From: Bacteriovoracaceae bacterium
GTDB taxonomy: Bacteria > Bdellovibrionota > Bacteriovoracia > Bacteriovoracales > Bacteriovoracaceae
NCBI GenBank assembly: GCA_048270185.1
Contig: JBLWTJ010000001.1
Location: 704,001-768,000 of the forward strand
Reading direction: 5' to 3'
Length of the DNA stretch: 64,000 nucleotides
The notes beneath the pieces were generated by a model. It worked only from the letters and a program-made list of their open reading frames with translations. It made no database searches and had not been told where the DNA came from. Shown in pieces: positions 58,545 to 64,000 of this stretch (positions are counted from its first letter, which is position 1; every line of letters starts with the position of its first letter). The translations under genes were made by a program, and so were the position numbers.

Positions 58545-58747
58545 TAAAACTCCTAAGTTTTTGGCTATAAAATATTTATGATTTTACTGGCTTATAATAG
58601 TGGTCATCACCATAACTTTCTAGGTGAGTCGTGTCATTTTACGCCTTTTTTTGTCCTGATAACAATTTAATTTATCAATGATTCATCTTATTAACAATTA
58701 ACGCCTGTTGTCTTGTACGAGTTTGAGGTTTTTTGGACAATCGGACT

Positions 58748-59590
58748 ATGGAAAATATATTGATAAGCCCAGGAAAATTTCGTCTCGACGGTGGTGCCAT
58801 GTTTGGTATTATCCCAAAACCTCTTTGGAATAAGGTACACCCGGCCGATGATTATAACCGCATTGACTTAGACCTTCGACTTTGGATTATTAAAGACCAA
58901 GAGCGCATTATTATAACTGATACAGGAATTGGTGATTACCACGGAGACAAATTTGATCAACAATTCGATGTCCGCCAAGAAAGCTCTCCCCTTGTAAAGG
59001 CCCTTGCCGAAAAGGGAATTGATTGTGCAGATGTAACAGACCTTGTGATCTCTCACCTTCACTTCGATCACGTTGGTGGTATGGTCTATAAAGACGAAAA
59101 TGGTGACTTTGCTCCAGTCTTTCCAAATGCAATCATTCACCTCCACAAAGACCACTGGGAGTATTCTTTAAACCCTACTCTTCGAGATGGGGGATCTTTT
59201 CATACTCAATACTTTAAAGAAACAATTGAAAGATTTGATAAGGCAGGACGAGTACATTGGCTTACAGGCAAGGAAGGTGAAATACTAAAGCTTACTGGTG
59301 ATACTCTGCGCTTTAAATGCTCATATGGCCACACTCCTCACCTCGTCCATCCGTACACAAATGAGTTTATATATTTAGCAGACCTTATTCCTACGTCAAA
59401 CCATGTTCATGTTCCATGGGTTATGGGTTACGACATTGCACCAGGACAAACGACAATCGATAAGATGGAATTTCTGAAGTTGATTGTGGATAACGACCTG
59501 CGTGTTATCTTTGAGCACGATCCAAAGTACGCCAGTGCCAAGATCACTCAAAATGAGCGCGGAAAGTATATTCCAATCGAATTAGAGTAG
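58748..59590 (+). CDS. MBL-fold metallo-hydrolase (YtnP-like)
   Basis: LDGGAMFG..PK.LW, SHLHFDHVGG, GHT, WVMGYD, FEHD. Confidence 0.85.
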   Translation: MENILISPGKFRLDGGAMFGIIPKPLWNKVHPADDYNRIDLDLRLWIIKDQERIIITDTGIGDYHGDKFDQQFDVRQESSPLVKALAEKGIDCADVTDLVISHLHFDHVGGMVYKDENGDFAPVFPNAIIHLHKDHWEYSLNPTLRDGGSFHTQYFKETIERFDKAGRVHWLTGKEGEILKLTGDTLRFKCSYGHTPHLVHPYTNEFIYLADLIPTSNHVHVPWVMGYDIAPGQTTIDKMEFLKLIVDNDLRVIFEHDPKYASAKITQNERGKYIPIELE

Positions 59591-60877
59591 CGGATCGATT
59601 TGTTTTTGAATTTCATTCTTTGAAGCTTGGAAGACCACGCGGTCATCATCCATAAACTTTCTTAAGAAAAGGCGCTTTTTCTTATTAAGCATACCGTAGC
59701 GTGAAAGTTTCTCAGTAAGCTTCACACTCCAAGCGCTAATATCTTTACCAAGGGCACCCACCTCATTTTCAAGCTTGAGTTCATCAGGCTTTAGATTCTT
59801 CTTTTCAAGATCGTAATTGGAAAGAATGAGACTTTGTAGAAGAGGAGCAACATTCTTTGCATAACGCTGTTGAAATTCTTTATGAGCTAGCCAACCACTC
59901 GATTGACTTAGGCTTAAACGATAGTGAATAGAAATTGAAGAAATAATTGATTCAAGTGTTCTAAGTTTTTGAGAGATTTCATCAATATTCTTCTTAGAAG
60001 CTTTCTCTACTTTCTTCTTCACCTGGGCAACTCGTGCAATATACTCCTCACGAGAGTCAGGAACTAGAAAGAGCTTCTTTTCTAAAACCTCGCGGTTAGT
60101 TCCCATGCCTAACTTATTTTTCACATTATCCATTAACCCCAAAAATTCATAAATAAATGTAACTCGATAAGAGCCAGGAATAAAGTTCTGTCCTTCTTCA
60201 AAAACAAAATCTTTAAACTCCATCATGCCTCCCTCTCCAATATTATGAGTCTTAATCATAATATCTGTTCGGTGCAGATCATCGGCCTTACGATGAAGAA
60301 TAAGCTCAACACTTACACGTTTTTCAAATGGAAGCTTTGCATATAGTGCCGTCATCTCTTTATTAGCAATAAGCGTGACATCACCATTATTAACTGGTCT
60401 CTTTAATTCATTTAATGATGACATTGAAATATTCTTAACTTCAATCTCTTTAGGCTTTGTTCCCGTGGCCGTATAGAGACTCACAAGGATGACAATTGAA
60501 ATAAAGAAGCTTGCAATGACTGTTGTGTAGATTGGAAACTTACTAGGAGGGCCAACTTCAAGGGCCTCTTCTTCGTAACTTTCGGCCTGTTCGATAAATT
60601 CTTCAGTGAAAGCTTCAGTTGCAGGCTTTTGAACTTCATGAATTGGAATCTCAGGTAATGGATCTTGAGTTCCAAGAACTTGTTGCTCATAGTGGCTCAG
60701 TGCTTCATCACGAGCGACTTGAATAACTGCAAAAACAGGCTTCCAGCTCTTAGCACCTTGTCTCCAACACAGTTGATAGGATTTAATTAGACCTTTATCA
60801 TAAAAGTCGATAATATCTTGAGCGTTGAAAGGTCCCTTATTTTTACCGGACTGATTAATGTACCAAATTTTTTGCAT
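59582..60877 (-). CDS. GYF_2 (DUF4339) domain single-pass membrane protein
   Basis: WY....G...GPF......G.I.....CWRQG...WKP; TM segment VIASFFISIVILVSLY. Confidence 0.78.
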   Translation of the reverse strand: MQKIWYINQSGKNKGPFNAQDIIDFYDKGLIKSYQLCWRQGAKSWKPVFAVIQVARDEALSHYEQQVLGTQDPLPEIPIHEVQKPATEAFTEEFIEQAESYEEEALEVGPPSKFPIYTTVIASFFISIVILVSLYTATGTKPKEIEVKNISMSSLNELKRPVNNGDVTLIANKEMTALYAKLPFEKRVSVELILHRKADDLHRTDIMIKTHNIGEGGMMEFKDFVFEEGQNFIPGSYRVTFIYEFLGLMDNVKNKLGMGTNREVLEKKLFLVPDSREEYIARVAQVKKKVEKASKKNIDEISQKLRTLESIISSISIHYRLSLSQSSGWLAHKEFQQRYAKNVAPLLQSLILSNYDLEKKNLKPDELKLENEVGALGKDISAWSVKLTEKLSRYGMLNKKKRLFLRKFMDDDRVVFQASKNEIQKQIDPLL

Positions 60878-60900
60878 AGCTGTATTTTAAAGGAAGTTAC

Positions 60901-61776
60901 ATGACGTGGAAAGAGGTAGATGCCAATCTTGTTAAAAGAAAATCACAATCCATTGCAAATTTATTTGTAAACGATGATTTCCACGCACAAAGAGCTCTTC
61001 TTTTAAGTGCAAATGATCTTGGGGTTGTCAGGAATGGAGGTCGCCGCGGCGCTGCCTACGGCCCAAAGGTTCTCACTTCACAGCTCAAAAAATTTGCTCA
61101 TCATGGACACTTAGAAAGTGTTGGCCTCATTCATATCACCGATTCAGGCCAGACAAATTTTGATAAAATGCAAAAATCGTCAATCGAGAAAATAACAAAA
61201 GTCCAAGCACAAAAAATTGTTCACTTAGGTGGTGGTCACGATCATATTTATCCACTAGTAATGGGCGTCGAATTAAATAATCCTTTTATTATTAATATCG
61301 ACGCACACCTCGATACTCGTGATGATGTGCTTTCCCACTCAGGAACTCCATTTAGACAAATCCTAAAAAGCAAGAAAGCAAAACTTGTGCAAATTGGAAT
61401 TCACGAATACGCCAACGTCCCACAAAATTATGCGGGAATTGAAATGGATATTATCGATACAAAATTGCTAAAAGAGAAATCAAACTCTTTCACATCAATA
61501 GACTTCTTAAAGGACCTTTATAAGAATCATCAAGGGGATATAGTCTTTAGTATTGATGCCGATGCTATAAAGGCCTGTGATATGCAGAGTGTGAGTGCCG
61601 TTAATCACGATGGGATTCCTCTTGAGTTTCTAAGACAATTAGTACAACAGTATAAAGAGGCCACAAAAAATAAGAAGCAAATACTAGGGATCTACGAGTA
61701 CAACCCTTTATTTGATGAGCTTTCGGCAAAAGATGCCAGAGCTCTGGCATCTCTAATTTATGATTTTCTAATTTGA
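60901..61776 (+). CDS. hutG: Arginase/ureohydrolase family, formimidoylglutamase-like
   Basis: GVVRNGGRRGAAYGP, GGGHDH, NIDAHLD, SIDAD, EYNP. Confidence 0.7.
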   Translation: MTWKEVDANLVKRKSQSIANLFVNDDFHAQRALLLSANDLGVVRNGGRRGAAYGPKVLTSQLKKFAHHGHLESVGLIHITDSGQTNFDKMQKSSIEKITKVQAQKIVHLGGGHDHIYPLVMGVELNNPFIINIDAHLDTRDDVLSHSGTPFRQILKSKKAKLVQIGIHEYANVPQNYAGIEMDIIDTKLLKEKSNSFTSIDFLKDLYKNHQGDIVFSIDADAIKACDMQSVSAVNHDGIPLEFLRQLVQQYKEATKNKKQILGIYEYNPLFDELSAKDARALASLIYDFLI

Positions 61777-62199
61777 TTCTAAACTGACAACTTTATGTAG
61801 GTCTGTCTGAGCATCAGTTATTGTGATTTCTTTGTCTGTGATATCCCATTTTGGATTTGTCACCTTCTTACCTTGTTGAGAACGGTACTTATAAGGATAG
61901 TCTCCAATAAATTTATTATTCTTTTTATTAAAGATTATCGCATAATAGATATCAATCATATGATAAGTTCCTGCGGCTCCACTATAGTAGATGATTAACT
62001 CATAATCATTTCCAACAGGCCTTACTTCGGTAACTTTATTCTCTCCAGTACGTTTTGTGATAACGGCCTTAAGATCTTTATTAGACTTTGAACTAAGCCA
62101 ACTCTTTCCATCAATATTAATAATCGTCCAATCACTAACCTTAGTAGCAAAGACAGAACTAAAAAAAAGAATGGAAGTTAATAATATTATTTTCTTCAT
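61768..62199 (-). CDS. Small secreted hypothetical protein
   Basis: Signal peptide ending VFA; ATGA overlap with the upstream hydrolase. Confidence 0.7.
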   Translation of the reverse strand: MKKIILLTSILFFSSVFATKVSDWTIINIDGKSWLSSKSNKDLKAVITKRTGENKVTEVRPVGNDYELIIYYSGAAGTYHMIDIYYAIIFNKKNNKFIGDYPYKYRSQQGKKVTNPKWDITDKEITITDAQTDLHKVVSLESN

Positions 62200-63512
62200 G
62201 ATTTAAATGGAGTCTTTACTGACCAGTACCAATCATCAGTACCTTCAGAAATCTTCCCCTTTGTATCAATTGGTTTATAAAAAATATGTCGTTGACGTCG
62301 CCAGTTCTTAGCTATTTGAGCACGTCCGCTAGAAGTATCTTCATCATACTTTGGATCAGGTTGTCTTAGCTTCTCACCTGATACTTCAACATTAAGTTCA
62401 AGTTTACTTTGATTAGCACGAAAGCCTTTCCCCCACGCTCCATCTGTTGGTAACATCCAATTGGCATGATAGTGATAGACATGATCAACATCTGGACGTG
62501 GCTTAAACTCTGCCGTACGGTATTTCATATAGGCATCAATGGCCGTTTTAAATTCTTGCTTTCGGCCAGGATACATCATCTGCTTCCAATTATCTTCGTC
62601 ATGGTTATACATTGAAAATTGAAGTGGATCCAAGGCAATATCCAATGCAGTGATATCTGACTTCTTATTTGAACGCTCGGCATCTTCATGCTTATTGCGA
62701 ACACGATTATTAATAACCTTCATAATCATCATCATTTCTTCTGGATGCTTTTCTGCCGAATCATTTCGATCCTGAACTAGAATCCCCGCCTCTCCTTGAG
62801 AAGTAAAAATCATGGCCGCAAAGTGCTGCTCTTCAGGACGAAGGTACTTGTAAAGATTCCTAAAAATCTCTCCTCGACTTGTTAATGTCCCTTGGCGAGT
62901 AATTGAGTTTTGAATACTTTGAATACATTTTCCAAGCTTAGTACTTGTTTCAATATCTTCACTTTCAAAAGTATTTCTGTTGGCCAAAACTTCACAGCCG
63001 ACTTTCCATTCTTGCTTATTAGTATTAATAGCATCTGGTTTACTCTCAAAGAACTCTTCAACAAAAACCGGACGAGGCTTTGGTCTTGGACTTGTTTGCG
63101 GTGCACTTGATGTCGTATCGTGACAAGGCTCAGTTGGAGGGTTTCCAATTGTATCGACTGTTTGATTAAGACGAATAAAATTATAAGCTGCTGAAGTATT
63201 TAAAGCATTTTTAAGAAAGTTCTTAGCAACCATATATTCAATATCATCTTCAATTCCATCGGTTTCAATCTTCACACGATAGGCCCAACTATTTTGACCA
63301 ACAATTCGAACCTTCACAGAGTGGCCACTATCACCAATTTTTGGAGGTTCAATCTTTTTTGTAAATCCAGTTTCAGGATCGAGGGCATCAAAGGAGCGCA
63401 CAACATCAAATTGAACATTATTTAAGTCAGTCTTGTAAGAATCTACTTCTAATGAGAAGGCCATACCTTGAATTAGGCATATAAAGACAAAATAAAATAC
63501 CTGCTTTCTCAT
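62196..63512 (-). CDS. Secreted SleB/Hydrolase_2-like cell wall hydrolase
   Basis: Signal peptide; SQGEAG (catalytic Glu position), VINNRV, QFSMYN, YHYHA, HIFY. Confidence 0.7.
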   Translation of the reverse strand: MRKQVFYFVFICLIQGMAFSLEVDSYKTDLNNVQFDVVRSFDALDPETGFTKKIEPPKIGDSGHSVKVRIVGQNSWAYRVKIETDGIEDDIEYMVAKNFLKNALNTSAAYNFIRLNQTVDTIGNPPTEPCHDTTSSAPQTSPRPKPRPVFVEEFFESKPDAINTNKQEWKVGCEVLANRNTFESEDIETSTKLGKCIQSIQNSITRQGTLTSRGEIFRNLYKYLRPEEQHFAAMIFTSQGEAGILVQDRNDSAEKHPEEMMMIMKVINNRVRNKHEDAERSNKKSDITALDIALDPLQFSMYNHDEDNWKQMMYPGRKQEFKTAIDAYMKYRTAEFKPRPDVDHVYHYHANWMLPTDGAWGKGFRANQSKLELNVEVSGEKLRQPDPKYDEDTSSGRAQIAKNWRRQRHIFYKPIDTKGKISEGTDDWYWSVKTPFKS

Positions 63513-63624
63513 CAACTCTCCTCACAAGTGCTGTGTGCAACAGAAACCATTGTAACACGACGCCCATAAGACAGTGAAATATGAGCGAAATCTGCCGAAT
63601 ATGACAAATTTCGCTAGCAATTTT

Positions 63625-64000
63625 TTATGGCATTATTTTTTCGAGATCCCTCTTAGAAGTTAGGCCATATTTAAGAAAATAGACTAAATCACTTTTTTGA
63701 GAATTATTGATTTGAATTCGCTGCTCTTTTAGAATCGGATGGGCCGCATCCTTCTTCTTAAAGATCATATAATTATTTGTTTCGACAAAGAGATTTCTTC
63801 CAAAATTCTTATTAAACGTATTTAAAAGCCAAGAGCTATCGTAATTATCAATTGCCTTGATACCAGAGCGGTAATGTTCAACAACATCTTCTAATGTTCC
63901 ATAGGCTCCTGAGTGAAAGTATGGAGCAGTTAAGGCAATATTCCTTAAAGGTGGAATTCTAAATTTATATCGATCATATTCGTGACCAGTGATTAAGAAA
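63625..64000 (-). CDS. Di-heme cytochrome c peroxidase/MauG family, C-terminal part (5' end outside the window)
   Basis: Hand translation from 63999: DRYKFRIPPLRNIALTAPYFHSGAYGTLEDVVEHY; stop at 63625. Confidence 0.82.
   Translation of the reverse strand, partial: FLITGHEYDRYKFRIPPLRNIALTAPYFHSGAYGTLEDVVEHYRSGIKAIDNYDSSWLLNTFNKNFGRNLFVETNNYMIFKKKDAAHPILKEQRIQINNSQKSDLVYFLKYGLTSKRDLEKIMP

Noticed and set aside
1919..63148. Numerous 60-190 aa ORFs nested in or antisense to long genes (e.g. 38415-38978, 22124-22501, 32874-33284)
   Set aside because: They overlap well-supported genes, show no recognisable motifs and are the expected shadow ORFs.

Overview
AT-rich, gene-dense chromosomal window. 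By gene content (sigma28-type promoters on secreted proteins, CarD/CdnL, GYF_2 protein, short flagellin) it most likely comes from a predatory Bdellovibrionota of the Bacteriovoracaceae/Halobacteriovorax type; this taxonomic call is inference. Amino-acid catabolism dominates: putA-proC, a papain-like peptidase/split fumarase/acetoacetyl-CoA synthetase operon, a liuBCDE-type leucine operon, a fused indolepyruvate:ferredoxin oxidoreductase plus a Nudix-MBL fusion, hppD, an unusually reduced phenylacetyl-CoA (paa-like) operon and a HutG-like enzyme. Housekeeping genes are a UvrD/Rep helicase, uvrB, carD, ndk, sucCD and a flagellin, and many secreted hypothetical proteins are interspersed. I saw no rRNA, tRNA, CRISPR array or mobile element. 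Top leads: (1) a class I fumarase alpha subunit with an in-frame 100-aa histone-H1-like Lys/Ala/Val/Thr tail; (2) a minimal paa-like pathway with a single di-iron epoxidase subunit, no paaB/C/D/E/K/Z in the window, an EthD protein, a stand-alone ALDH and a nearby IOR; (3) three related Cys-rich secreted 'RSIAS' proteins, each behind a sigma28-like promoter; (4) a pseudo-receiver with 42-aa acidic repeats coupled to a degenerate HD-GYP protein beside flagellin; (5) a candidate GU-rich 3'UTR sRNA complementary to the paa operon leader; (6) a SleB-like hydrolase with a coupled candidate immunity protein.
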